Below, one piece after another: positions 1-9,312 of a DNA stretch of 64,000 bases. The DNA lies in assembly GCA_965116025.1 (NCBI GenBank), contig OZ220480.1, positions 193,335 through 257,334 of the forward strand, given 5' to 3'. This DNA comes from an uncultured candidatus Porisulfidus sp. (lineage in GTDB: Bacteria > Pseudomonadota > Gammaproteobacteria > Poriferisulfidales > Poriferisulfidaceae). The notes under the pieces were generated by a model. It searched no databases, was not told where the DNA came from, and saw only the letters and a list, made by a program, of their open reading frames with translations. Both the position numbers and the translations under genes were made by a program. Numbering within the stretch: position 1 is the stretch's first letter; the number at the start of each line of letters is the position of its first letter.

Positions 1-1018
1 TCCTGGATGTGCATGAAGCGGTTCTCGAAGATCGTCTCGGTGATGGCGCTGGTTCCCTCCGCCACCGCGCTGACCGCCGCCATCTGCGCCTGCATATCCG
101 TCGGAAACCCCGGATAGGCCGCCGTGTGGATATCCGCGGCCCGGGGCCGGCCGCCTCGCATGTCCAGTTCCACGTAGTCCTCTCCCAGCTTGATATCCGC
201 GCCGTATTCGCCAAGTTTGACCAGCACGGCCTCCATGGTGTCGGGCCGCACCCGAGTGACCCGGACGTTCCCTCCGGTGACGCAACCCGCGGCCAGATAG
301 GTGGCCGCCTCGATTCGGTCGGGCAATACCCGGTGCGTCGCACCACGCAACGCGCGGACCCCCTCAATCTCGATTCGGCTGGTCCCCGCCCCCCGAACAC
401 GCGCGCCCATCGCCGTCAGACAGGCGGCCAAGTCCTCGACCTCAGGCTCGCGGGCGGCGTTCTCGATCACTGTCGTGCCCTCGGCCAGCGTCGCGGCCAT
501 CATCAGATTCTCCGTTCCGGTCACCGTGATCTGGTCAAAGGCCAGCGCAGCGCCCCGAACGCGCTTGGCGCGCGCCCGAATATAGCCGCCGTCAACCTCG
601 ATGCGGGCGCCCATCAACCTGAGATTCGAAAGATGCAGGTCGATCGGCCGGGTCCCGATCGCGCACCCGCCAGGCAACGACACCTCCGCTCGGCCATAAC
701 GCGCCAAGAGCGGACCCAGAACCAGAATGGACGCGCGCATGGTGCGCACGATCTCGTACGAGGCATGGCAACGGTCGAGCTTACGGGCGTCCACGCGCAA
801 GCTGTTGTCCTCGCCTAACGTCACGGTCGCCCCCATGCTGCTCAGCAAGAGCATGGTCGAGGCCACGTCCTGAAGGTGCGGGACGTTCTGGACTATCAAA
901 GGCTCCTCGCTCATCAACGAGGCGGCTAGCACGGGAAGCACGGAGTTCTTGGCGCCGGAGATCGGCACCTCGCCGCATAGCGGCGCTCCGCCCTCGATCA
1001 GCAGCCGATCCATCGCGA
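1..1018 (-). CDS. murA: UDP-N-acetylglucosamine 1-carboxyvinyltransferase MurA; ATG start at 1018, C-terminus runs off the window
   Basis: Reverse-strand translation from ATG at 1016-1018 reads [50 protein letters not shown]...[36 protein letters not shown], which collinear-matches E. coli MurA. It is absent from the ORF track because no stop codon lies inside the window. Confidence 0.85.
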
Positions 1019-1032
1019 GGGTGGAACGCGAA

Positions 1033-1689
1033 TCAGGCCCGCGCGGTCGGCGGCGCGAGCCGTCGGGAGGATATCCCGGGAGCCTCGCCCCGCAAACGCT
1101 GAATCACGGAATCCAAGCCATTCTGGTTGATTTCGGGACGCAGGCTATCTTTCAGGCTCTTGATCAGGAACACCCCGTCGGCGCGAATCTCGAACACGCG
1201 CCACTCGCCCTCGGTCTCGCGCATCAGATAGGTCAGGTCGACCGGCTCCTTGCCCGACATCACGAACTTGGTGCGAACCACTTGGTAGCTCTTGTCTGGC
1301 AGCATCTCGAACGGCAGGTAGCTCACCTTTCCATCGGCGTACTTGAGAATGATCTTCGCGTACAGCTGAAGCAACTGCCGCCTCAGAGAGACGATGAACT
1401 CGCGACGCTTCTCGAAGGACGTTTCCTGGTAGACCTTCTTGCCAAGAATAATTCGCGCGATCCGGTCGTAGTCCAGCACCCCGCCCAGCGTATCACTCAC
1501 GAACCTGTACAGCGTCTCATCGTCGCGCTCGAACTCATCCATTCTCAGACGGATCTGCGACAGCAACTCGTCGCTAACGCCGCGCAACCGGGCCTGCGGA
1601 GAGTCCGCCGCCTCAAGATTTGAGCACGGCAACAGGACGGAGAGCGCGAGCGCGCCCCCGAACAAACGCAGCGATGCAATGCTCGTCAC
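1033..1689 (-). CDS. mlaC: MlaC/Ttg2D-family periplasmic phospholipid-binding protein (GTG start)
   Basis: 218-aa ORF with an N-terminal signal peptide ([27 protein letters not shown]). The body resembles the Tgt2/MlaC family ([27 protein letters not shown]...[10 protein letters not shown]). It sits immediately upstream of murA, as in mlaFEDCB-ibaG-murA loci, but without mlaB or ibaG. Confidence 0.65.
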   Translation of the reverse strand: MTSIASLRLFGGALALSVLLPCSNLEAADSPQARLRGVSDELLSQIRLRMDEFERDDETLYRFVSDTLGGVLDYDRIARIILGKKVYQETSFEKRREFIVSLRRQLLQLYAKIILKYADGKVSYLPFEMLPDKSYQVVRTKFVMSGKEPVDLTYLMRETEGEWRVFEIRADGVFLIKSLKDSLRPEINQNGLDSVIQRLRGEAPGISSRRLAPPTARA

Positions 1690-1745
1690 CCTACAGTCTC
1701 GCGCGGATCAAGTGAGGAATTATAGCAAGTCGGGCGTGGTCGGGA

Positions 1746-3527
1746 GTGCCATTTCTAATGCCATTGGCGCTATTGGCGGCGGGGCTTTCGGCGCTGGCGC
1801 TGCCGGCGCGGGCGGAGACGATCAACCTGTACGGGTGGCAGAACCACTCGTGGGAGTTCGTGGACATCGACGGCGGGCGCAGCTTCGACCGCATCCAGTC
1901 GAACGCCGGGAACATCGGCTTCTCGGCCAGCGTGGACACTGGCATGAGCGACATAAAGGTGAACCTGCAGTGCGAGCAGTTCACCTACTACAACCACTTC
2001 GCCGGCGGCACCGGCTGGTGCAACCGCAACTCCAAGATCGGGCTGGCGCACCCGATGGCCGGCGAGATCATGTTCGCCACCTGGCTGCTGCCGTACAACG
2101 AGGGCGTGGCCCAGTGGGTGGACCCGTTCTACGACGCCGGGGCCGACTCGCACACCAGCATCATGGGCTCGGTCGGGGCCAACACCATCTTCTACAACAC
2201 CGGCGACTTCGACCAGCAGGCGTCGGCGTCGGGGCCGGCGACCGGCTTCTCCGGGGCGGAGTTCAACTACGCCGGGGCCGGCTACGACACCGGCTTCAAC
2301 CGGCGCCAGGAGAACATCATCCAGTACTGGTCGCCGAACTGGAACGGCTTCGTGTTCCGCTTCGCCTGGACGGCCGGCAACCGCGACGAGACGAACGCGC
2401 CGACCGGCGGCGGGAAGATCGACCCGGTGATCCGCTCGAGCAGCCTGGCGTACACGAACGGCCCGCTGTGGCTGGCGGCGACCTGGCAGGACCACGAGGA
2501 CTGGACGGCGGTCTCGGTCGGGGAGATGGAGAGCTCGGACGCGGAGAGCTTCCGCCTGGCCGGGCGCTACATCATGGACCTGGGCGACGGCATGAGCGTT
2601 CAACTGTCGGCCATGTGGGAAACGCTGGAGTACGAGTTCCACGGCGTGACCACCATCGATAAGGCCATGAAGGCGTTCGGGTATGGGAATTTCATGGATT
2701 CTTACGAGTTGAGCGTCACGGATGCGGAGATAATGAAGAAGAAGACCCAAGGGCTGGCGCTCGATATCTTGACGGATGAGAAGGGCATGCTGATTCCTAT
2801 GGGGGACACGGCGCGGGGTTTATATGGGGAGCAGGTTAAAACCACTATGAGCCTGTACACCGCATACATGGGTGAGATAGACACCGTAACCTCCACCAGC
2901 TTGAACTTGGTCGCTGAACGCAGAACTGTGGTCGACTGGAACGACTATTACAAAGAGGCGCCTGATAATCCTGTTAAAGTCAGCACTACCGCCATGCGAA
3001 CCGGGTCCCAAAATGTCATGCTTTTCACGACCATGCTGAGCACGACTACGCTGAACGCGGCTAAAACGGCCGCGGAGGAGGCCAAAATGAAGGATATGGA
3101 TGATCGAACGGACGAGGACAAATCGAAAATCAAGTTCTATGACGATCTGGTCTCGATGGCGAAATCCCGAGCCCGCGACGAGAAGAGCATGGGCGGGAAC
3201 GTGAAGATCGAGCGAGACGCCTGGATGGTGTCGGGCAAGATCAAGTTCGGCGGCCCGCTGGACTTCCGCTTCTCCTACATGGACGCCGACGACCTGGAGC
3301 TGTCATGCAACTACTGCATGGGAGACTGGGACGAGACGGCGGCGGACGCCTGGAACGTCGGGGTGTTCTACACGATGCCGGCGGGAACCGAGCTGCGGCT
3401 GACGTATTCGGAGGTCAACAACGACGACAACGGGACCTACGGGCAGGGCATCTCGGGGACCGGCTTGGGAACGCCGGGGGCGGAGATCGAGATGTTCGCG
3501 CTGGGGATCGTGCACTGGTTCGACTGA
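1746..3527 (+). CDS. Porin-like outer-membrane protein with hypervariable central insert, copy A (N-block type 1, insert type alpha, tail TPGAE)
   Basis: 593 aa. The signal peptide MPLALLAAGLSALALPARA is followed by AETINLYGWQNHSWEFVDIDGG, which resembles the A(D/E)VTLYG start of general bacterial porins. It has the conserved C-terminal block SMGGNVKIERDAWMVSGKIKFGGPLDFRFSYMDADD...FALGIVHWFD. An in-frame ATG sits at 1758 inside ctaATGcc. It is one of 8 paralogs in the window. Confidence 0.8.
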   Translation: MPFLMPLALLAAGLSALALPARAETINLYGWQNHSWEFVDIDGGRSFDRIQSNAGNIGFSASVDTGMSDIKVNLQCEQFTYYNHFAGGTGWCNRNSKIGLAHPMAGEIMFATWLLPYNEGVAQWVDPFYDAGADSHTSIMGSVGANTIFYNTGDFDQQASASGPATGFSGAEFNYAGAGYDTGFNRRQENIIQYWSPNWNGFVFRFAWTAGNRDETNAPTGGGKIDPVIRSSSLAYTNGPLWLAATWQDHEDWTAVSVGEMESSDAESFRLAGRYIMDLGDGMSVQLSAMWETLEYEFHGVTTIDKAMKAFGYGNFMDSYELSVTDAEIMKKKTQGLALDILTDEKGMLIPMGDTARGLYGEQVKTTMSLYTAYMGEIDTVTSTSLNLVAERRTVVDWNDYYKEAPDNPVKVSTTAMRTGSQNVMLFTTMLSTTTLNAAKTAAEEAKMKDMDDRTDEDKSKIKFYDDLVSMAKSRARDEKSMGGNVKIERDAWMVSGKIKFGGPLDFRFSYMDADDLELSCNYCMGDWDETAADAWNVGVFYTMPAGTELRLTYSEVNNDDNGTYGQGISGTGLGTPGAEIEMFALGIVHWFD

Positions 3528-3551
3528 CCCGTTGGGTCATCCACGACAGCG

Positions 3552-3582
3552 AGCGGGCGCCTTCGGGCGCCCGCTTTCTTTG
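3552..3582 (+). terminator. Rho-independent terminator of porin copy A
   Basis: agcgggcgcc-ttcg-ggcgcccgct hairpin followed by ttctttg, about 25 nt after the stop codon. Confidence 0.7.
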
Positions 3583-4060
3583 AGGATCAGGATTCTCGAC
3601 TTGATCCGCCGCCACGAGGCAAATCGTGATGATGGCGGATCGCGAGAGCCAGATGTAACCGCTTCGGATGGTCGCGCGGGCGCTTGGAGTGATGCCACGA
3701 AAGCTGTGCGGGGCGTTCCGGCTTCAGGCTTTCATCAAAGATCGGAAACTCGATAGTTCCAGAGATCGATAGGCTGACCCCTGTTCGTCGCCACGCGGGA
3801 AGTCTGCTTGATCGAGGACGACGGGCCTCTCACCCTCTTTCCTCCCCGAGGCGCGCGCCGATCCACGCCCTCCGATTTCTCACCGCGTCTCTTATATCCA
3901 AGCGATATCAAGAATTCTCAGTCCACCGCACCACCTTGTGGTGGATCGGGTCATCCCGATCCGGTCTGCCGCGAGCGGATCGCCTTCCGGGCGCGTCGGA
4001 ACCAGGCCTCGCGCCGCCGGCGCTGGCCCGACTCTCGATCTGGTCGCGAAGCGCCGACCT

Positions 4061-4092
4061 CAAAGAAAGCGGGCGCCCGAAGGCGCCCGCTC
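4061..4092 (-). terminator. Rho-independent terminator of porin copy B (mirror image of 3552-3582)
   Basis: caaagaaa-gcgggcgcc-cgaa-ggcgcccgc on the plus strand, which is a hairpin plus U-tract on the minus strand. Confidence 0.7.
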
Positions 4093-4115
4093 GCTGTCGT
4101 GGATGACCCAACGGG

Positions 4116-5947
4116 TCAGTCGAACCAGTGCACGATCCCCAGCGCGAACATCTCGATCTCCGCCCCCGGCGTCCCCAGGCCGGTCCCCGAGATGCCCTGC
4201 CCGTAGGTCCCGTTGTCGTCGTTGTTGACTTCCGAATACGTCAGCCGCAACTCGGTTCCCGCCGGCATCGTGTAGAACACCCCGACGTTCCAGGCGTCCG
4301 CCGCCGTCTCGTCCCAGTCCCCCATGCAGTAGTTGCACGACAGCTCCAGGTCGTCGGCGTCCATATAGGAGAAGCGGAAGTCCAGCGGGCCGCCGAACTT
4401 GATCTTGCCCGACACCATCCAGGCGTCCCGCTCGATCTTCACGTTGGAGCTCATGGTTTGCTTCAGCTTGGCGTCGGCGTATTCCGTCATCTTCTTCTCG
4501 TACTCCATCACCTTCTCGTTGTGCGGCTCCAGGGCGTACTCCCTCGCCTTCGCCACGTATTCCTTGTAGAAGTCCATGTCCGTCTTGTCATCCAGATACT
4601 TCGTGGTCGATGTCTTCAACTTGTTCAGGATCGTGGTGCTCAGCTTGGTAGTCAGGGCCGCTTTGTACGCCGTGTTCAATCCCCCAGTGGTGAACCTGTA
4701 GTAGCGATCGATCGCTGGGATGTTCTGATAATTACTCCAACTTTGATTATCGAAGTATTTTTTATAGGACCCCCCGTATCACTAGGACTTAAGTCGGTGG
4801 GCCATACGGCCAGACCGGCCATGTTGGTCCTCCATTTCCCGTTCTCGTCCGTCAGCAGCTCGACCGCGAGCCCCCCGGTCATCTGCGCCTCTATCAGCGG
4901 CTTCAGCTCCGCTTCGGTGGGCATCGTCGGCTTCGTCGGCATGTCCATGTCGGCGGGGGCCATGACCTTCATGTCGTAGTAGGTTTTCTCGAAATGGTTG
5001 ATGTTGGGATCGGTACCGCCGTACCCGAACGCCTTCATGGCCTTGTTGATGTCGGTCACGCCGTGGAACTCGTACTCCAAAGTCTCCCACATGGCCGACA
5101 GTTGAACGCTCATGCCGTCGCCCAGGTCCATGATGTAGCGCCCGGCCAGGCGGAAGCTCTCCGCGTCCGAGCTCTCCATCTCCCCGACCGAGACCGCCGT
5201 CCAGTCCTCGTGGTCCTGCCAGGTCGCCGCCAGCCACAGCGGGCCGTTCGTGTACGCCAGGCTGCTCGAGCGGATCACCGGGTCGATCTTCCCGCCGCCG
5301 GTCGGCGCCATCGTCTCGTCGCGGTTCCCGGCCGTCCAGGCGAAGCGGAACACGAAGCCGTTCCAGTTCGGCGACCAGTACTGGATGATGTTCTCCTGGC
5401 GCCGGTTGAAGCCGGTGTCGTAGCCGGCCCCGGCGTAGTTGAACTCCGCCCCGGAGAAGCCGGTCGCCGGCCCCGACGCCGACGCCTGCTGGTCGAAGTC
5501 GCCGGTGTTGTAGAAGATGGTGTTGGCTCCGACCGAGCCCATGATGCTGGTGTGCGAGTCGGCTCCGGCGTCGTAGAACGGGTCCACCCACTGGGCCACG
5601 CCCTCGTTGTACGGCAGCAGCCAGGTGGCGAACATGATCTCGCCGGCCATCGGGTGCGCCAGCCCGATCTTGGAGTTGCGGTTGCACCAGCCGGTGCCGC
5701 CGGCGAAGTGGTTGTAGTAGGTGAACTGCTCGCACTGCAGGTTCACCTTTATGTCGCTCATGCCGGTGTCCACGCTGGCCGAGAAGCCGATGTTCCCGGC
5801 GTTCGACTGGATGCGGTCGAAGCTGCGCCCGCCGTCGATGTCCACGAACTCCCACGAGTGGTTCTGCCACCCGTACAGGTTGATCGTCTCCGCCCGCGCC
5901 GGCAGCGCCAGCGCCGAAAGCCCCGCCGCCAATAGCGCCAATGGCAT
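4116..5947 (-). pseudogene. Porin-like OMP copy B (N-block type 1, insert type beta), frameshifted at a C6 (coding-strand G6) tract at 4770-4775; possibly phase-variable
   Basis: An ATG start at 5947 gives MPLALLAAGLSALALPARAETINLYGW... (ORF 4676-5947). The frame is lost after ...TDLSPSDTGG. A second frame (ORF 4116-4679, open upstream to 4774) carries YGGSYKKYFDNQSWSNYQNIPAIDRYYRFTTGGLNTAYKAALTTKLSTT...GIVHWFD. One extra G in the G6 tract fuses the two frames into a full-length paralog. Confidence 0.75.
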
Positions 5948-6171
5948 TAGAAATGGTATCGTAGGGCATCAGCAAATCGAAAAACTCTCCACGGAATATC
6001 TGGCCAAAACGTCGCTTCTCCCATATATTGTTCGGTGAAATTCCGCCTCCCAAACTCTCGATTTCCGTTCCCTAGATTCCGCATTGAATTGCGGCACCAT
6101 TTCCTTTGTGGGAAAATAAGACGCTATGGGACGGGATTATCAATGTTGGCAAGGAAACCGGGAGAGGGTTG

Positions 6172-7395
6172 ATGAGAGGAACTAGAGTCCCACCGCGAAT
6201 CGAGCGATTAAAGGTGCAGAACTTCCGCGCGTTGCGCGATGTGGAGCTAAACCTTACGCCGCTCACCGTGTTACTTGGCCCAAATGGCAGTGGAAAGTCC
6301 ACGATTTTTGATGTCTTCGCCTTTTTGGCAGAGTGTTTTGAGAGCGGGCTACGTCGAGCGTGGGAAAAACGTGGCAAAGCTCGGGAACTTAGGTCGCGGG
6401 GCGGAGAGGGTCCTATATTGATTGAAATCGCATATCGCGAAAAACCGCGCACACCCTTGATCACGTATCACCTTCAAGTGGACGAGAAAAATGGCCGACC
6501 TCGCGTGGTCTGCGAATGGCTCCGATGGAAGCGGGGGCGCTACGGGCAACCGTTCAAATTTCTCGATTACGCGGACGGAGTTGGGCAGGTCATCTCGGGT
6601 GAGATGCCTGACGCGCGGGCTGAGCGGATAGAGATCCCTTTGAGTTCTCCTGATACGCTCGCGGTTAACGCGCTTGGCCAACTGGCGGAAAATTCTCGTG
6701 TCGTCGAGCTGAGAGATTTCATCATGGGATGGCATGTGTCCTACTTGTCAGCCGAGGATACGAGAGGACAACCGGAAGCGGGGCCACAGGAACGCCTGAG
6801 CAGGACAGGAGACAATCTCGCTAACGTGATTCAATATCTGTCCGAAGAACATCCAGAACTTTTGGAGTCCATTCTTGGCAGCATCAGAGAAAGGATCCCG
6901 AAAGCCCAGAGCGTGGTGGCGGACCAGATGCCGGACGGAAGGTTGTTGCTGAAAATCAAGGATGCCCCATTCGCTGACCCCGTCATGGCGCGCTTCGCGT
7001 CCGATGGCACACTTAAAGTGCTCGCCTATCTAGTCTTGTTGCGTGATCCAACCCCTCCTCCTTTTATTGGCATTGAGGAGCCGGAGAACTTCCTGCATCC
7101 ACGCCTGCTTCACGGTTTGGCGGAAGAATGCCGAACCTCCTCCGAGGCCACACAGGTCCTCGTGACCACCCATTCTCCTTTTTTCCTTGATGCGCTTCGT
7201 CCCATGGAAGTTCGGGTGTTGTGGCGCGACGAATTCGGTTACACGAGATGCGACCCCTTGGATGAGAACAAAAAAATTTTGGCGTTTATGGAAGCGGGCG
7301 CCCAGCTTGGAGATCTTTGGATGGAAGGACATTTCGGGGTTGGAGATCCGCTGACTTCGGAAGGAATGGCCATGCCGGGAAGAGGCGGGAGCTGA
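6172..7395 (+). CDS. ABC/AAA-type ATPase (AAA_21/OLD-like ATPase domain), first gene of a two-gene cassette
   Basis: Walker [12 protein letters not shown], Walker-B-like [13 protein letters not shown] and H-loop [10 protein letters not shown] are present. The start is probably the ATG at 6172, preceded by GGAGAGGG (the ORF track extends to 6106). GC is roughly 50-57% against ~62-68% in flanking core genes. The stop is 1 nt from the next gene's ATG. Confidence 0.7.
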   Translation: MRGTRVPPRIERLKVQNFRALRDVELNLTPLTVLLGPNGSGKSTIFDVFAFLAECFESGLRRAWEKRGKARELRSRGGEGPILIEIAYREKPRTPLITYHLQVDEKNGRPRVVCEWLRWKRGRYGQPFKFLDYADGVGQVISGEMPDARAERIEIPLSSPDTLAVNALGQLAENSRVVELRDFIMGWHVSYLSAEDTRGQPEAGPQERLSRTGDNLANVIQYLSEEHPELLESILGSIRERIPKAQSVVADQMPDGRLLLKIKDAPFADPVMARFASDGTLKVLAYLVLLRDPTPPPFIGIEEPENFLHPRLLHGLAEECRTSSEATQVLVTTHSPFFLDALRPMEVRVLWRDEFGYTRCDPLDENKKILAFMEAGAQLGDLWMEGHFGVGDPLTSEGMAMPGRGGS

Positions 7396-7396
7396 C

Positions 7397-8014
7397 ATGC
7401 CCGCGTCTCATTTGGAGTTCCTCGTGGAGGAGCGTTCCATGGAAGCGTTTCTCGTTGCTTGGCTACCAAAGTTTCTGCCGGAGGGCTGCACTTTCAAGGT
7501 CTATGCGCACCAAGGCAAAAACGCGTTGTTGAGAAAAATCGAAGATCGACTCGGAGCATATAAGGCATGGATGCCAAACGAATGTCGTATCGTGGTGGTA
7601 GTGGACCGCGACCGGGATGCGTGCGATGAACTCAAGCTCAAGATGGAGCGATTCTGTGAGAAAGCGGGATTGCGGTCGAGACGGGCCGCTGATGGTTCGG
7701 ACTGGCAAGTGGTGACGCGGATAGCCATAGAAGAGCTTGAAGCATGGTATTTTGGGGACTGGCAGGCGGTGTTGGCCGCTTTTCCGGGTGTCGCGGAGAA
7801 TATCCCAGACCGCGCGGCTTACCGGGATCCAGATGCGATTCAAGGTGGAACTTGGGAGGCATTCGAGCGGATTCTCCAGAAACATGGATATTTCGCGCAA
7901 GGACTGGCAAAAGCGCAGGCCGCTAGCGAGATTGGCCGACATATCGACCCTGTTCGCAATCGGTCCCGCAGTTTTATCGTTTTTCGCGATGCCATCGTCG
8001 ATGCCACCACATGA
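7397..8014 (+). CDS. DUF4276-family protein, predicted TOPRIM-like partner of the upstream ATPase
   Basis: 205 aa beginning MPASHLEFLVEERSMEAFL, with a DxD-type acidic motif IVVVVDRDRDAC and EELEAWYFGDW. This matches my recollection of the DUF4276 family, which characteristically follows AAA_21 ATPases. Translationally coupled. Confidence 0.55.
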   Translation: MPASHLEFLVEERSMEAFLVAWLPKFLPEGCTFKVYAHQGKNALLRKIEDRLGAYKAWMPNECRIVVVVDRDRDACDELKLKMERFCEKAGLRSRRAADGSDWQVVTRIAIEELEAWYFGDWQAVLAAFPGVAENIPDRAAYRDPDAIQGGTWEAFERILQKHGYFAQGLAKAQAASEIGRHIDPVRNRSRSFIVFRDAIVDATT

Positions 8015-8123
8015 ACATGCCATAGAAGCTATCGTGTTTCCGCAATTGAAATATCTTTGCTATGGCTATAGGAAAGCCGGTTTTCAGGACCCTCTGACCT
8101 CTGCGGTAAAATAATCGCCCAGC

Positions 8124-9308
8124 ATGATTTTCTGGGCCCGCCGAGCCCGAAGCCGGACTTTCAGGAGACGTTACTTGGCCAAACGCGCGTTGCTCGCTCT
8201 CGAAAACGGCGCGTTGTTTTTCGGAGATTCCATCGGGGCGAACGTCACCGCCATCGGGGAGGTCGTCTTCAACACCTCCATCACGGGCTACCAGGAAATC
8301 TTGACTGACCCGTCGTATTGCCGCCAACTGATCACGCTGACGCATCCGCATATCGGGAACGTCGGGGCGAATGACGAAGACAGCGAATCCGGCGCTCCGG
8401 CGCGCGCCGCTGGCCTGATCGCGCGCGATGTCCCTGCGCGCGCGAGCAACTGGCGCGCCAAGCGGTCTTTAGGGGATTTTCTTGACGAGCACGGACTGCC
8501 TGGGATCGTGGGCATCGACACGCGCCGCCTCACGCGAATCCTGCGCGACCAAGGAGCCCAGTCGGGTTGCCTCACGACCGATGTCTCCGACCCGGACCAA
8601 GCGGTCGATCAGGCCCGCGCGTTCCCGGGGCTAGCGGGAATGGATTTGGCGCGAGAAGTCTCCACGAAGGAGTCGTACGAGTGGGACGAGGGACCTTGGG
8701 GGGCAATGCCAGACGAGCTGCCGCCCGCGCGATATCGAGTTGTGGCTTACGACTACGGGATCAAGCGAAACATTCTCCGCCTCCTGCGCGCGCGCGGATG
8801 CGCGGTCACGGTCGTGCCGGCCAAGACCCCGGCATCCGAGGTGCTGAGCCGGGATCCAGATGGAGTTTTTCTATCCAACGGACCTGGAGATCCAGATCCA
8901 TGCACGTACGCCCGGGACACGATCCGAGAATTGATCCAGACCCGGACTCCGATGTTCGGCATCTGCCTTGGTTGCCAGTTGCTCGGCTTGGCCAACGGAG
9001 CGCGCACGGTCAAGATGAAGACCGGGCATCACGGAGCCAACCACCCAGTTCTCGAGATGGACACGGGCCGGGTTCTGATCAGTAGTCAGAACCATGGTTT
9101 CGCGATTGAGGAAGAGTCTCTTCCAGAATGCCTGCGCTTGACCCACCGCTCGCTTTTCGACGGCACCGTGCAAGGCATCCGGCATGTCGAGGCCCCAGCG
9201 TTCGCTTTCCAAGGACACCCGGAAGCGAGCCCCGGGCCACGCGACTTGGCTGGCTTGTTCGATCAGTTCATCGACCTGATGCGGCATCGCCCCGGACGAC
9301 TTGGTTAA
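8124..9308 (+). CDS. carA: Carbamoyl-phosphate synthase small subunit; true start probably downstream of 8124 (TTG near 8175, [17 protein letters not shown])
   Basis: Glutamine amidotransferase region with GICLGCQLL and HGANHPV motifs. The N-terminal domain [32 protein letters not shown] is collinear with CarA. Confidence 0.85.
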   Translation: MIFWARRARSRTFRRRYLAKRALLALENGALFFGDSIGANVTAIGEVVFNTSITGYQEILTDPSYCRQLITLTHPHIGNVGANDEDSESGAPARAAGLIARDVPARASNWRAKRSLGDFLDEHGLPGIVGIDTRRLTRILRDQGAQSGCLTTDVSDPDQAVDQARAFPGLAGMDLAREVSTKESYEWDEGPWGAMPDELPPARYRVVAYDYGIKRNILRLLRARGCAVTVVPAKTPASEVLSRDPDGVFLSNGPGDPDPCTYARDTIRELIQTRTPMFGICLGCQLLGLANGARTVKMKTGHHGANHPVLEMDTGRVLISSQNHGFAIEEESLPECLRLTHRSLFDGTVQGIRHVEAPAFAFQGHPEASPGPRDLAGLFDQFIDLMRHRPGRLG

Positions 9309-9312
9309 CGCC

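Larger units (their letters stand above)
3528..4115. repeat. Convergent-pair spacer, copy 1 of 4 (mosaic ~590-bp repeat; others at 27269-27894, 45949-46541 and 53487-54084)
   Basis: Long blocks of near-identical sequence are shared with the other three spacers (for example gattctcgacttgatccgccgccacgaggcaaatcgtgatgatggcggatcgc with spacer 3, and gggtcatcccgatc...gccgcgagcg with all four). Inverted terminators flank both ends. Confidence 0.75.

Noticed and set aside
9-978. ORFs 9-818(+), 301-585(+), 781-978(-) and 949-1623(+) at the window start
   Set aside because: They lie antisense to, or out of frame with, the clearly recognisable murA (minus strand) and mlaC reading frames. Their R/A/G/P-rich composition is typical of spurious frames in high-GC DNA.
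3532-4228. ORFs inside the convergent spacers (3532-3756, 3808-4206, 3908-4111, 3938-4228; analogous ORFs in spacers 2-4, for example 53765-54175 and 27527-27883)
   Set aside because: They run through both terminator hairpins, giving the same MGHPRQRAGAFGRPLSL on both strands because of the palindrome. They are antisense to porin 3' ends, R/P/S-rich, and the frame is not conserved in spacer 2. I treat them as non-coding.
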